From the NCBI GenBank assembly GCA_964551945.1, contig CAZKFH010000001.1, positions 11,036 through 75,035 on the forward strand: a DNA stretch of 64,000 nt, read 5' to 3'. Under the pieces are notes generated by a model, which saw only the letters and a list, made by a program, of their open reading frames with translations, was not told where the DNA came from and did not search any database. The DNA is from an uncultured Actinomycetes bacterium (lineage in GTDB: Bacteria > Actinomycetota > UBA4738 > CALAEC01). A program made the translations under genes and the position numbers. Shown piece after piece: positions 48,307 through 57,542 of the stretch. Numbering within the stretch: position 1 is the stretch's first letter; each line of letters begins with the position of its first letter.

Positions 48307-49328
48307 GACGCCGCCGCCCGCTCCATCCGGGAGAAAGCGACGAGCGATCCCAGCCGGTCCGTTGCCGCTCCCGAGTCGATCGCGACCGACGCGAGCGCCA
48401 GGCCGTCCCGCATGTCGCCGACACGCTCCGCCACCAGCAGCGCCGCGGCGGCGTTGAGGAGGATCGCGTCGCGCTTCGGCCCGGGAGCACCGGCGAAGAT
48501 CTCGAGGATCCCCTCCGCGTTCTCGATCGGTGTTCCGCCCGACAAGTCACCCGGCTCGCATCGGGGGATCCCCAGGTCGCGAGGGTCGAGCTCCTCGCGC
48601 CGGATCGCCCCGTTCACGTGGTAGATCAGGTTCACGCCGGCCGGCGAGAGCTCGTCGATCCCACCGGCGCCGTGCACGACCATTGCCCTCCGGGTCCCGA
48701 GACCCGAGAGCGCCGACGCGACCTTCTCCGCGAGGTCGGCCGCGAAGACTCCCACCACCTGCCGTCCGGCGCCGGCCGGGTTCGTCAGCGGGCCGAGGAT
48801 GTTGAAGACCGTCCTCGTTGCGAGCTCCCTGCGGACCGGGCCGGCGTGCCGCATCGCGGGGTGATGCGCCTGCGCGAACAGGAACCCGAACCCGAGCTCG
48901 TCGATCGACCGGGCGATCTCTTGCGGCGGGAGCTCGATGTCGAAGCCGAGTGCCTCCAGGACGTCGGCCGACCCGCACGCAGAAGAGACCGCGCGGTTGC
49001 CGTGCTTCGCCACGCCGGCTCCCGCGGCCGCCGCGACCAGCGCCGCCGCGGTTGACAGGTTCAGCGTCCCCGCCCCGTCACCGCCGGTCCCCGCTGTGTC
49101 GATCACGTCGTCGCGCTCCGGGTGCACCGGCAGCGCATGACTGCGCATCGCCTCGGCGCAGCCGGCGATCTCGTCGACCGTCTCGCCCTTGGCACGCAGC
49201 GCGATCAGGAACCCGGCGATCTGCGCGGGCGTCGCCTCGCCGCGCATCACCTGATCCATCACCTCCCGGGCCTCGTCGCGCGAGAGGTTCGTTCCGTCGA
49301 GCAGTGTCGCGATCGCGTTCTGGATCAT
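48303..49328 (-). CDS. trpD: Anthranilate phosphoribosyltransferase
   Basis: DTAGTGGDG, KHGNRAVSS..GSADVLE, RTVFNILGPLTNP. Confidence 0.95.
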   Translation of the reverse strand: MIQNAIATLLDGTNLSRDEAREVMDQVMRGEATPAQIAGFLIALRAKGETVDEIAGCAEAMRSHALPVHPERDDVIDTAGTGGDGAGTLNLSTAAALVAAAAGAGVAKHGNRAVSSACGSADVLEALGFDIELPPQEIARSIDELGFGFLFAQAHHPAMRHAGPVRRELATRTVFNILGPLTNPAGAGRQVVGVFAADLAEKVASALSGLGTRRAMVVHGAGGIDELSPAGVNLIYHVNGAIRREELDPRDLGIPRCEPGDLSGGTPIENAEGILEIFAGAPGPKRDAILLNAAAALLVAERVGDMRDGLALASVAIDSGAATDRLGSLVAFSRMERAAAS

Positions 49329-49888
49329 CCTCTTCCCTCCAGGAAGTTCTCGATCAGCTGTGGCCCGAGCGGCGTCAGTACCGACTCGGGGTGAAACTGC
49401 AGTCCGTGGACCGGCAGCTCTCGGTGTCGTACGGCCATCACCTCGTGGTCGTCCGCGGTGGCGCTCACCTCGAGCTGTCCGTTCACGTATGTCGCCGCCA
49501 GGGAGTGGTAACGCCCCCCGGTCAACCCTTGCGGAAGGCCGCGGAACAGGCCGCGACCGTCGTGGCGGATGACGCTGTCCTTGCCATGTACGAGCCGCTT
49601 AGCCGGCCCGACCCGTCCACCGAACGCCTCGACGATCGCCTGGTGACCCAGGCACACGCCGAGCGTCGGGATGCGTGCCGCGAGCCGCCGAAGGATCGCC
49701 GGCATGTTGCCGGCCACAGCCGGACGCCCGGGCCCCGGCGAGATCACCAGGTGTGACGGGTCGAGGCCCTCTGCCTCGTCGGCCGTGATCGCGTCGTTGC
49801 GCACGACCTGCACCTCGGCACCCGCACCCTGGAGCAGGTGCGCGAGGTTGTAAGTGAAGCTGTCGTAGTTGTCGAGAAGCAGGATCAT
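49325..49888 (-). CDS. trpG: Anthranilate synthase component II
   Basis: LDNYDSFTYNL, ISPGPG, GVCLGHQ, QFHPES. Confidence 0.95.
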   Translation of the reverse strand: MILLLDNYDSFTYNLAHLLQGAGAEVQVVRNDAITADEAEGLDPSHLVISPGPGRPAVAGNMPAILRRLAARIPTLGVCLGHQAIVEAFGGRVGPAKRLVHGKDSVIRHDGRGLFRGLPQGLTGGRYHSLAATYVNGQLEVSATADDHEVMAVRHRELPVHGLQFHPESVLTPLGPQLIENFLEGRG

Positions 49889-51117
49889 CGAGACTCCGCC
49901 TCCTCGATCGCGGCCTCGAGGGCCGCGAGCTTGTGCAGGCACTCCTCGTGCTCGAGCGTCGGGTCGGAGTCGGCCACGATCCCCGCGCCCGCCTGCAGGT
50001 GCGCGACGCCGTCGCGCAGCACGATCATCCGGATCGCGATGCAGGCGTCGAGCGTCCCGTCCGGCAGGCAGTACGCGACGGTGCCGGCGTACGTCCCCCG
50101 CCGGTAGCCCTCCATCTCCGAGATGAGCTGCATCGCACGAACCTTCGGCGCCCCGGTCACGGTGCCGGCGGGGAAGCAATCGAGCAACAGGTCGAGCGGC
50201 TGCACCTCGGGTCGAAGCTCGCCGACGACCTCGGAGACGAGATGCGTCACGTGCGAGTACGCCTCGGGCTCCAGGAACCGGTCGACGCGGACGGTCCCGG
50301 GGACACACGCACGCGAAAGGTCGTTGCGCGCGAGATCGACCAGCATCACATGCTCGGCGCGGTCCTTCTCCGAAGCCAGCAGCCGCTCGGCCGCATCGGG
50401 ACCGGTCGGCGCCGTCCCCGCGATCGGGTTCACGCTGGCGCGAGAGCCGTCGAGTTTGACGAGCGCCTCCGGCGAGGAGCCGATCAGCGAGAAGCCGTCG
50501 AGCTCCAGCAGGAACAGGTACGGCGAGGGGTTGATCCGTCGCAGCGCCCGGTAGAGATCGAGCGCGCTTGCCGAGGTCGGCCGCTCCGCACGCTGCGAAA
50601 GGACGATCTGGAAGACCTCGCCCTCACGGATGTGCTGCTTCGCGTCCCGGACCCGCTGCTCGTACGTCTCGCGATCGGGGTACCGCCTCGTGACGCCTGC
50701 GATGGCCGACACCGGTCCGTCCTCGGACGGCGCCGCCTGGAGCATCTCGTTGGCGCGTTCGGCATCTCCGACCACCACCTCGGCGGTCCCCGCGAGGTGA
50801 TCGAAGCGCAGGAGAAGGTCGGGAACGATGAACCGGCTCTCGGGAACGTCGGGCCCGGCGTCCGGAAGCGCGACCGGCTCGAGTCGAGCCACGTGGTCGT
50901 AGCCCAGGAACCCGATGACCGGGGAACCGGCCTCGACGAGCGTCCGCGCTTCCTCGAACCCGACCAGCCGCGTCCCGAACCCGACGAAGCTGTGGCGCCC
51001 CAGCCGCCCACGCTCGACCGACTCGAGCAGGAAGCTCGGACCGTGTGAGCGCAGGCGCGCGTACGCGCCGAGCGGGGTGATGAGGTCGGTTCGTATCTCG
51101 TTCGCTGCGATGGCCAT
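49885..51117 (-). CDS. trpE: Anthranilate synthase component I (compact)
   Basis: FLLES, NPSPY, GSSPE, KDRAEHVMLVDLARND, PAGTVTGAPKVRAM. Confidence 0.93.
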   Translation of the reverse strand: MAIAANEIRTDLITPLGAYARLRSHGPSFLLESVERGRLGRHSFVGFGTRLVGFEEARTLVEAGSPVIGFLGYDHVARLEPVALPDAGPDVPESRFIVPDLLLRFDHLAGTAEVVVGDAERANEMLQAAPSEDGPVSAIAGVTRRYPDRETYEQRVRDAKQHIREGEVFQIVLSQRAERPTSASALDLYRALRRINPSPYLFLLELDGFSLIGSSPEALVKLDGSRASVNPIAGTAPTGPDAAERLLASEKDRAEHVMLVDLARNDLSRACVPGTVRVDRFLEPEAYSHVTHLVSEVVGELRPEVQPLDLLLDCFPAGTVTGAPKVRAMQLISEMEGYRRGTYAGTVAYCLPDGTLDACIAIRMIVLRDGVAHLQAGAGIVADSDPTLEHEECLHKLAALEAAIEEAESR

Positions 51118-51142
51118 GACGTCTCCCGTGTCCCGTTGGGGG

Positions 51143-51171
51143 AAAAGAAAAAGACCTCCGAATCGGAGGTC
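51143..51171 (-). terminator. trp attenuator terminator
   Basis: Minus strand GACCTCCG-ATT-CGGAGGTC followed by TTTTTCTTTT. Confidence 0.88.
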
Positions 51172-51198
51172 CTCAGATGGTGCGGCTGGTCGTGTGGG

Positions 51199-51276
51199 CT
51201 ACGTCTGGCCGTGAACGACTCCCGCGCCATCTGAGGGGCGCCAGGCCCACCATGTCTGCGGTGCGAGAGTCTTCAT
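51199..51276 (-). CDS. trpL: trp leader peptide MKTLAPQTWWAWRPSDGAGVVHGQT
   Basis: TGG TGG GCC TGG codons; CCTCAGATGGCGCGG pairs with downstream CCGCACCATCTGAGG abutting the terminator; alternative in-frame ATG at 51285. Confidence 0.88.
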   Translation of the reverse strand: MKTLAPQTWWAWRPSDGAGVVHGQT

Positions 51277-51286
51277 GGAGTTCATC

Positions 51287-51315
51287 ACCCTAGGTATCGG
51301 TTGGTTGAGTGTCAA
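51287..51315 (-). promoter_or_regulatory. Sigma-70-type trp promoter
   Basis: TTGACA-17 nt-TAGGGT. Confidence 0.75.
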
Positions 51316-51318
51316 CCC

Positions 51319-52662
51319 TTAGTTCGACGCGGCGTCGGAGAAATCCTGCTCGGTGAGCGAAGAAATCGCGTCATGGTCCATCTTTCCATCGCGAACGAGC
51401 CGGTTTGCCTGCTCGGCGATCGCATCCTCGAACAGGTTGCGGACGGCCCGGGCGTTGCCGAACGAGCGATCCCGGCGCTCCCACAAGTCTTGGATGAGCT
51501 CCGTCGCTCGCCGCTCGGCATTCGCGTCCATCCGATACGCGCTCTCCTCGCAGAATCGCCGCAGAACCTGCACGAGCTCGTCGGGGGAGAAGTTCGGGAA
51601 CTCGATGGTCTCGGGGAAGCGGCTCGCCAGTCCCGGGTTCGAGCCGAGGAACTCGCGCATCTCATCCGGGTAGCCGGCGACGATCAGGGCCAGGCGCTCG
51701 CGGTCGTCCTCCATGCGCTTGAGCAGCGTGGCGATGGCCTCGTGCCCGAAGTCCTCCTCGGACTGTGCCATCGAGAGCGTGTATGCCTCGTCGATGAACA
51801 GAACGCCGTCGAGGGCGCGATCGACGGCCGCATCGGTCTTGATCGCGGTCTGTCCGACGTACCCGGCCACCAGGTCTTGGCGCGCAACTTCGACCACGTG
51901 GCCGCTCGCGAGCAGGCCGAGCGCGCGGAAGATCCGCCCCACGAGCCTCGCAACGGTCGTCTTGCCGGTCCCGGGTGGACCGACGAACACCATGTGCCTC
52001 GCGCTCGTGACCTCGGGGAGGCCGAGTTCGAGGCGCCGAGCCTGGACCCTGAGGAGGTTCGAGAGGGTGGTGACTTGCTCCTTTACATCATCGAGACCGA
52101 CGAGTGCGTGCAGCTCGGCGAGGACATCCTCGAGCGCCTCCGCGCTCTGGGCTGGCTCTGCGGACGAAGCGGTGGGTCGTGTCGCGGCAGCGAGCCCTTC
52201 CTGGAGCACTCGGCGGAAGGTCTTCAGCTCGGCGCTCTCTCGAGGGCTCACGCCATCGAGCCCGCATGTCGCCTCGGCCAGCTCGATCGCCGTATGGACG
52301 AAGCGCGAGGCTCGCTCCGCAGCGTCCGCCACCTCGAAGCCCGCGATCTTAGCGGCCCACGCCGTCGTGCCCGCGGTGGCAACCTGAAGCGTCGAGGGAT
52401 CCGTCTCGCCCGTGTCGTCGCCCGTGGACGCCCACACGCCAACCTGCTCGGAGCCGGATCGGTTTCCGTCCGTGGATGCGAAGGCAGAGACCAGTGCCTG
52501 CGTCTCGGCGGCGAGCACCTCGTCCACGGGAGCTCCTGGAAGGGCCCGCAAGAGGCGCTCCTCACGGATCGCGGGCCGGAGCACCGCTCGATAGTCGGCA
52601 AGGGCGCGCGCGAACCTGCGCATGGCCTCTCGCTGGGAGGTCTCGGTCATCGGCTCGAGCAT
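51319..52662 (-). CDS. CbbX/SpoVK-like AAA+ ATPase with unassigned N-terminal domain
   Basis: [53 protein letters not shown]; start uncertain (52662 or 52650). Confidence 0.85.
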   Translation of the reverse strand: MLEPMTETSQREAMRRFARALADYRAVLRPAIREERLLRALPGAPVDEVLAAETQALVSAFASTDGNRSGSEQVGVWASTGDDTGETDPSTLQVATAGTTAWAAKIAGFEVADAAERASRFVHTAIELAEATCGLDGVSPRESAELKTFRRVLQEGLAAATRPTASSAEPAQSAEALEDVLAELHALVGLDDVKEQVTTLSNLLRVQARRLELGLPEVTSARHMVFVGPPGTGKTTVARLVGRIFRALGLLASGHVVEVARQDLVAGYVGQTAIKTDAAVDRALDGVLFIDEAYTLSMAQSEEDFGHEAIATLLKRMEDDRERLALIVAGYPDEMREFLGSNPGLASRFPETIEFPNFSPDELVQVLRRFCEESAYRMDANAERRATELIQDLWERRDRSFGNARAVRNLFEDAIAEQANRLVRDGKMDHDAISSLTEQDFSDAASN

Positions 52663-52702
52663 GCCACGGATAACCTCGGCTTCTGGGGCCGATTTCTGAA
52701 CG

Positions 52703-54202
52703 TCAGGGTGAGGCGCGGTCTTCGGGGTTGAGGTCCTCGAGCTCTCGCTTGGCAGTCTCCGGATAGGCGATGAGCACGAGAGCAGCGACCGCGAGCGGGC
52801 CCAGGGCAAGCGGAAGCAGCACGTTGGCGAGGCCTCCAGGGGTGTCGGCGACCGCACCACCGATCAGGATGCCGGCCGCGCTTCCGACGAGCGACGTGAT
52901 CGCGAGCAGGCCGCCGATCCGTCCGCGCAGAGAGGTCGGGAAGAGCTCGGGCCCGTAGACGCCCAGCGCCGGGATCGCCGCGGAACCGACGATCGAGGCC
53001 AGCACGGTCCACAGCCACAGCGACGCCCCGGCCGACCGGAACGCGAGCACCGTACCGATCGCGGCGACGATCAACGCCACTGCCCCGACGGGCCGCCGGC
53101 CCTTCGTATCGGACAGCCGGCCGCCGACGAGCACGCCGATCGCGCCGGGAGTCGCGGTCGCGAGCGTGAACAAGGCGACCGCGGTGGCGGAGAAGCCGCG
53201 CTCGTCGACGAGGAACTTGTTGAGGAAGAAGGAGGCAGGAGCGACGAACAGGTTCACGAGGATCGCGGAAACGGCGAGCAGCCAGAACCGTGCCGCGTGG
53301 CCCGCGAATCGCGACTGCACGTGCCGCCGCTCGAATCTCCGGGTCTCGGGCAGGTGACGAGCGACGCCCACCAGTAAGGGGAGCGCAAGCAGCGGGAGGA
53401 CGTGGAGCAGCCGCCAGCCCCAGGGCGCGAGGTCGGCGAGCGGCAGCGCCATGATGCCGATGCCGCTCCCGAGCGCCGCGCTCATACCGAGCACGCTGAC
53501 CGCGTATGCGCGCGATCCTCGGGGCATCTCCTCTGCCGCCGCGATCGAGATGCAGACGAGAAGCGCGAGCCCGAGCGGCCGTGCGACCGCCTGCGCGACG
53601 GTGTGCCATGGGAGCGACGGCGCCAGCGCGCCGACCGCGGTGGTGACGCATCCCAGCAGGGCCGTGAGCAGGATCGTTCGTCGTCGTCCGAACCGGTCGG
53701 CGGCGCCGGCGGCGATGAGCAGCGCGATGACCCCACCGAATCTCGCCGCGATCCCGGCCGCTCCTTGGGCGGAGGCGCTCGCGTCGAACTCGCGTCCCGC
53801 GAACGCGATCGTGTGCGAGAGCAGGCCGCCCAGGTAGCCGCCGACGATGGACGCGACCGCCAGCGTCCCGAGCACCGTTGCGCCCCGGGCATCGACCCGA
53901 TCGGGTGGCGCCCACCACGGGATCCGGGTATCACCGCGAGCCAGCGACCGCCGGACGGGGAGCGCGAACACCCAGCCGAAGAATGGGATCGCCAGCCGGT
54001 ACTCGATCGCCTCGGTGACCCGAGCCGTCCCGTCGCCGAGGTCCTCGACCTGGACGGCCCTGACGTAGCTTCGGAACGGGCCCTCCTCGGCCTCGAACAG
54101 CCCGTCGCCCGTGGCGCGCTCGCGGACCAATCCGGCGCGAGGCTGCAGCGCGCGCCCGGCCTCGTCGCGCGGGACCACCCGCCGCGTAACCAAGTGGCTC
54201 AC
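52703..54202 (-). CDS. MFS transporter with N-terminal soluble extension
   Basis: ADRFGRR and SDTKGRR motif [10 protein letters not shown]; about 100-aa beta-rich N-terminal segment. Confidence 0.85.
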   Translation of the reverse strand: MSHLVTRRVVPRDEAGRALQPRAGLVRERATGDGLFEAEEGPFRSYVRAVQVEDLGDGTARVTEAIEYRLAIPFFGWVFALPVRRSLARGDTRIPWWAPPDRVDARGATVLGTLAVASIVGGYLGGLLSHTIAFAGREFDASASAQGAAGIAARFGGVIALLIAAGAADRFGRRRTILLTALLGCVTTAVGALAPSLPWHTVAQAVARPLGLALLVCISIAAAEEMPRGSRAYAVSVLGMSAALGSGIGIMALPLADLAPWGWRLLHVLPLLALPLLVGVARHLPETRRFERRHVQSRFAGHAARFWLLAVSAILVNLFVAPASFFLNKFLVDERGFSATAVALFTLATATPGAIGVLVGGRLSDTKGRRPVGAVALIVAAIGTVLAFRSAGASLWLWTVLASIVGSAAIPALGVYGPELFPTSLRGRIGGLLAITSLVGSAAGILIGGAVADTPGGLANVLLPLALGPLAVAALVLIAYPETAKRELEDLNPEDRASP

Positions 54203-54209
54203 GTGCGGG

Positions 54210-55439
54210 TCAGAAGATCCAGGGACACCAGGGCGCCACCGTCGACGAGAACATGGCGTCGGCGGTCCTCAGCGCACCCGGCTTCCGCTCGACGATGCGG
54301 CCGGCCGACGCGAGCGCGCGGAACGAGACGGCGCCGAGGTAGGCGGCCGCCAGATCCTCGACGCGCATCGAGACGTCCGGCTCGGCACTCGAGGGACGGC
54401 ACGTCGCGCCTTCTGGCCCGCCGTCGAGCTCATAGGTGCCGTCGTTCCAGGGGGCGAACTCGTCATCCAGCTCGAGCACGGCGCGGCCCTCGTGCGAGTA
54501 CCGCCGGGCCTCGAGCGCTGCCGCCACGTCCACGAGCCGCACCCACGTTCCGTCCCGCAGCCGAAAGTTCAGCGCGCGGGGCTCCACGAGCATCTGCAGG
54601 AGCGGCTCGTCGACCGGCCGTTTCCATCCCGTGACCGTTCGGACCAGGTCGACGTCGAAGCAGTACCGCCACAGGGCCGCGTAGGCCTCATCCGTGGCGG
54701 CGACCAGCTCATCGACCTCCAGCTCCTGTTTCGGCCCACCGTGCTCCCATAGGTCCTTGATCGTGTACGTCACGTACCCGTCCACGCCGCTCGCCGTCTC
54801 GTAGATCGCGAAGAAGCGTGGGCTCGTTTCCTTGTCGCGGTGGTGCTCGTCGTGGTGGTGGAAGCGGTACTCGAGCCACGCAGGGGAGCGGTCGATGGCA
54901 CCTGGTCGAGCCAGTCGCACTCGCTCGTACACGTCCGGGATCAGCTTTATCGCCTCGTCTCGTTCGACCAGTCGCAGCCGGCCATGCGTTCGAACGTCGC
55001 GCAGGAAGCCGGTGGCCTCGCGCCGGATGCGGAAGGCACCGGCCCACGCTCCGAGCCCGAAGCCGAAGCGCTGGTAGATGATCGCCTCGGAGGCCCACAG
55101 GTAGGAGACGGGGTCGCCGTGCTCCCGCGCGTGCTCGAGCTGTCGCTTCATGAGGGCCGTGCCAAGACCCCGCCGGCGATGGGTGGGCAGCGTTCCCACC
55201 GCGGTCAGTCCGGCGCAGGGCACGGTCGCCCCGCCGGGGACCGTCAGCTGGAAGGTCGCGGCGCCCGCGCCGGCGACGATCTGGCCGCCGTCGAGGGCCA
55301 CGAAGTACCGGTTGGGCTCGATCGTTGGACGTTCCGCCTGGACCCCCGGAAGCGAGAATCCCTCGCCGAACCACGCGGCGTTCGCGCGCAGGACCGCCTC
55401 GAGCTCGTCCTCTCGCAGCGTCCTGATCTCGGCGTCCAT
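54210..55439 (-). CDS. Eis-family GNAT acetyltransferase
   Basis: VGTLPTHRRRG, LWASE..IYQRFGFG, WVRLVDV..AL.AR.Y, C-terminal PWCPWIF. Confidence 0.9.
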   Translation of the reverse strand: MDAEIRTLREDELEAVLRANAAWFGEGFSLPGVQAERPTIEPNRYFVALDGGQIVAGAGAATFQLTVPGGATVPCAGLTAVGTLPTHRRRGLGTALMKRQLEHAREHGDPVSYLWASEAIIYQRFGFGLGAWAGAFRIRREATGFLRDVRTHGRLRLVERDEAIKLIPDVYERVRLARPGAIDRSPAWLEYRFHHHDEHHRDKETSPRFFAIYETASGVDGYVTYTIKDLWEHGGPKQELEVDELVAATDEAYAALWRYCFDVDLVRTVTGWKRPVDEPLLQMLVEPRALNFRLRDGTWVRLVDVAAALEARRYSHEGRAVLELDDEFAPWNDGTYELDGGPEGATCRPSSAEPDVSMRVEDLAAAYLGAVSFRALASAGRIVERKPGALRTADAMFSSTVAPWCPWIF

Positions 55440-55469
55440 GGCGGCCAGTTTAGGCCGCCTCGCGAGGAG

Positions 55470-57287
55470 CTAGGCGGCGGGTGTGAACTGGATGTTGCCG
55501 CCGGCACTGCCGAGGTTCGGGTTCACGGCGATCAACCACACACGCTCGCCGGCGGCCGGAGCGGGGATCACGTCGGCCACGCCATCGAACCGATCGATCA
55601 GCGTTCGTGACGCGGTCGTGCCGTTGTCCCGGATCACATACAGCGAGACGCTCGCGGCCGATGAGGATGCGACGGCCCCGCCGGTCGTCACCTCACGGGC
55701 CATGACGCCGCCGTTGCTGATCGTCTTGCTGGCCGCGCCTCCGCTGAGCACCGCCGGAGTCCAGCGGTCCAAGCCCTGTCCCCAGTCGAGAACGGGGGCG
55801 GTCGCGCCTGGTGCCGCCCACGCGTATCCCCTGCCGGTGATGGAGGCTTGGGCGAACGCGGCGAGGTCGTCGGCGAACGTCCCGCCGGTGGCCTGCTGCA
55901 GCCCGTCGATGACCTCCTGATGGCCGGTCTTCTTGGCGTGGTCGAACATCGCCACGAAGAGATCGGCGATGCCGCTCGTCCCGTGCTGCTGGTACCAGGA
56001 CAGCCAGAAGTAGCACGCGTTGTAGGTCTTCCCCGTGAACGGGCCCGCGGCGAAGTCGTTGTCCACATTCGCGGTGTTCCAGCCGTTGCAGCTGTTCGCC
56101 GCCAGGCTGACGACTCCCGCGCCATCCCGTCCGATCGAGTAGATGAGGCTGTTCGGCTGGTGGCTCACGTCTGAGTAGGCGTGGATCGTCTCCTGGAATC
56201 TCGCGGTGCCCTCCGAGTACGAGGTACTGGTGCTCGCGCCGTTCTGCGTCGGCTTGTACGCCGCGTTCTGGAAGTTGTGGAACATCTCGTGGCCGAGGAC
56301 GTTCGAGAGCGCCTTCTTGTCGTCGGGGTACTCGAACCCGAGCGCCGCCAGGATCTGGAGGACTCCCGTGGTCATGTGGATCTGAAACTCCTCGCGGATG
56401 TAGACGCACGCGAAGCACTGGACCCCGGTGTCGCTGTCGAAGTAGACCGTCCCCGTGTCGGAGGTCCAGCCCTTCTTGAGGCCCCAGCCGAGGAAGTCGT
56501 TGTAGTTGTCCGTGAGCATCTTCATGATGATGCGCGGCCGGTCGACGACCTCCACGCCGGTGTCCTGTCCGGCGTTCGGCGACAGGTTCGTGTTCGAGTA
56601 CGAGAGCTTGATCGTGAACCCATCCGGCAGCGTGGCCTGCGTAACGGTTTCGGGGGCGGCGTCGACCTCGGGGAGGATCGACTCGAGCGCGCGCAGAGAA
56701 CCGTCGGCGCCTCTCGTGTAGCTCCTCTGGAGCCCGGGGCTCGCCGAAATGCCTTCGATCTGAGCCTCGAACGGCCGGACACCCAATGCTGTGGAGGTCC
56801 AGGTGGCGTACGAGACACCGCTCGAGTCGACACTGACCATCCATCGCGCGGTGATCCCGTTCGTACGGGCATGTGTGTTCAAGGAGACGAGCCCCGGCGC
56901 GAGCTCGCGCGCACTGAGAACGGTGACACCGTCGAAGTAGGGGGCCGCAGCGATCCTCGCGTAGGCGGACGCCATCTGTACCGCGTCCGAGGAGCGGCCG
57001 GCGGCCTGCCAGGCGGTGTTGAATGCGGACGCGTCGCACCAGTAGGGCCCGCTCTGGATCAGCCGGTGTCGGACTCCCGGATAGACCAGTGGCTCCAGCA
57101 CCAGGGCACTTGGGAAACCTGCGACCTCTCGAATCTCGCTCACCTCGGCGGACGGATGGATCAGCTGGGCTGCGGCGGTCGTTGCCGACCCCCTGGCGCA
57201 TCCCGTCGGCGCGACAAAGGCGTTTGCCCCCAAGGGAACAGCGAGGGCGAGCAACAGGATCGGGACGATCAGCAGGCGTCTGAGCAT
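55470..57287 (-). CDS. Secreted gluzincin-like metalloprotease
   Basis: Signal peptide; GHEMFH..Q followed by YSEGTA (HExxH plus downstream Glu). Confidence 0.65.
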   Translation of the reverse strand: MLRRLLIVPILLLALAVPLGANAFVAPTGCARGSATTAAAQLIHPSAEVSEIREVAGFPSALVLEPLVYPGVRHRLIQSGPYWCDASAFNTAWQAAGRSSDAVQMASAYARIAAAPYFDGVTVLSARELAPGLVSLNTHARTNGITARWMVSVDSSGVSYATWTSTALGVRPFEAQIEGISASPGLQRSYTRGADGSLRALESILPEVDAAPETVTQATLPDGFTIKLSYSNTNLSPNAGQDTGVEVVDRPRIIMKMLTDNYNDFLGWGLKKGWTSDTGTVYFDSDTGVQCFACVYIREEFQIHMTTGVLQILAALGFEYPDDKKALSNVLGHEMFHNFQNAAYKPTQNGASTSTSYSEGTARFQETIHAYSDVSHQPNSLIYSIGRDGAGVVSLAANSCNGWNTANVDNDFAAGPFTGKTYNACYFWLSWYQQHGTSGIADLFVAMFDHAKKTGHQEVIDGLQQATGGTFADDLAAFAQASITGRGYAWAAPGATAPVLDWGQGLDRWTPAVLSGGAASKTISNGGVMAREVTTGGAVASSSAASVSLYVIRDNGTTASRTLIDRFDGVADVIPAPAAGERVWLIAVNPNLGSAGGNIQFTPAA

Positions 57288-57370
57288 GGGCGGGTCTCCT
57301 CCTGGGAGTTAGGACTAGGAGATAGATACGCCGCGGAGGGTCGGATTTCCTGCCTGAGGCGAGCCTCGCT

Positions 57371-57540
57371 TCAGGCCTCGAGCTCCATCACATGCTCCTC
57401 GACGCCGTCCTCCGGCGAGACCCGGGTGTGAGGAGACGGTGAAGCCGCATTGCCGCATGAACGCCTGCCACAGCCTCGGGGTCCGTCTGGTCCTCGTACA
57501 TCCCGAGATCCGCGACGTCGACCTCACGGAGCGTGACGCG
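57371..57540 (-). pseudogene. Remnant of a RimJ/RimL-like GNAT gene
   Basis: Fragments in different frames: VTLREVDVADL..YEDQTDPEAV, F..QCGF, DGVEEHVMELEA*; central part missing and no start codon found. Confidence 0.45.
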
Positions 57541-57542
57541 AG

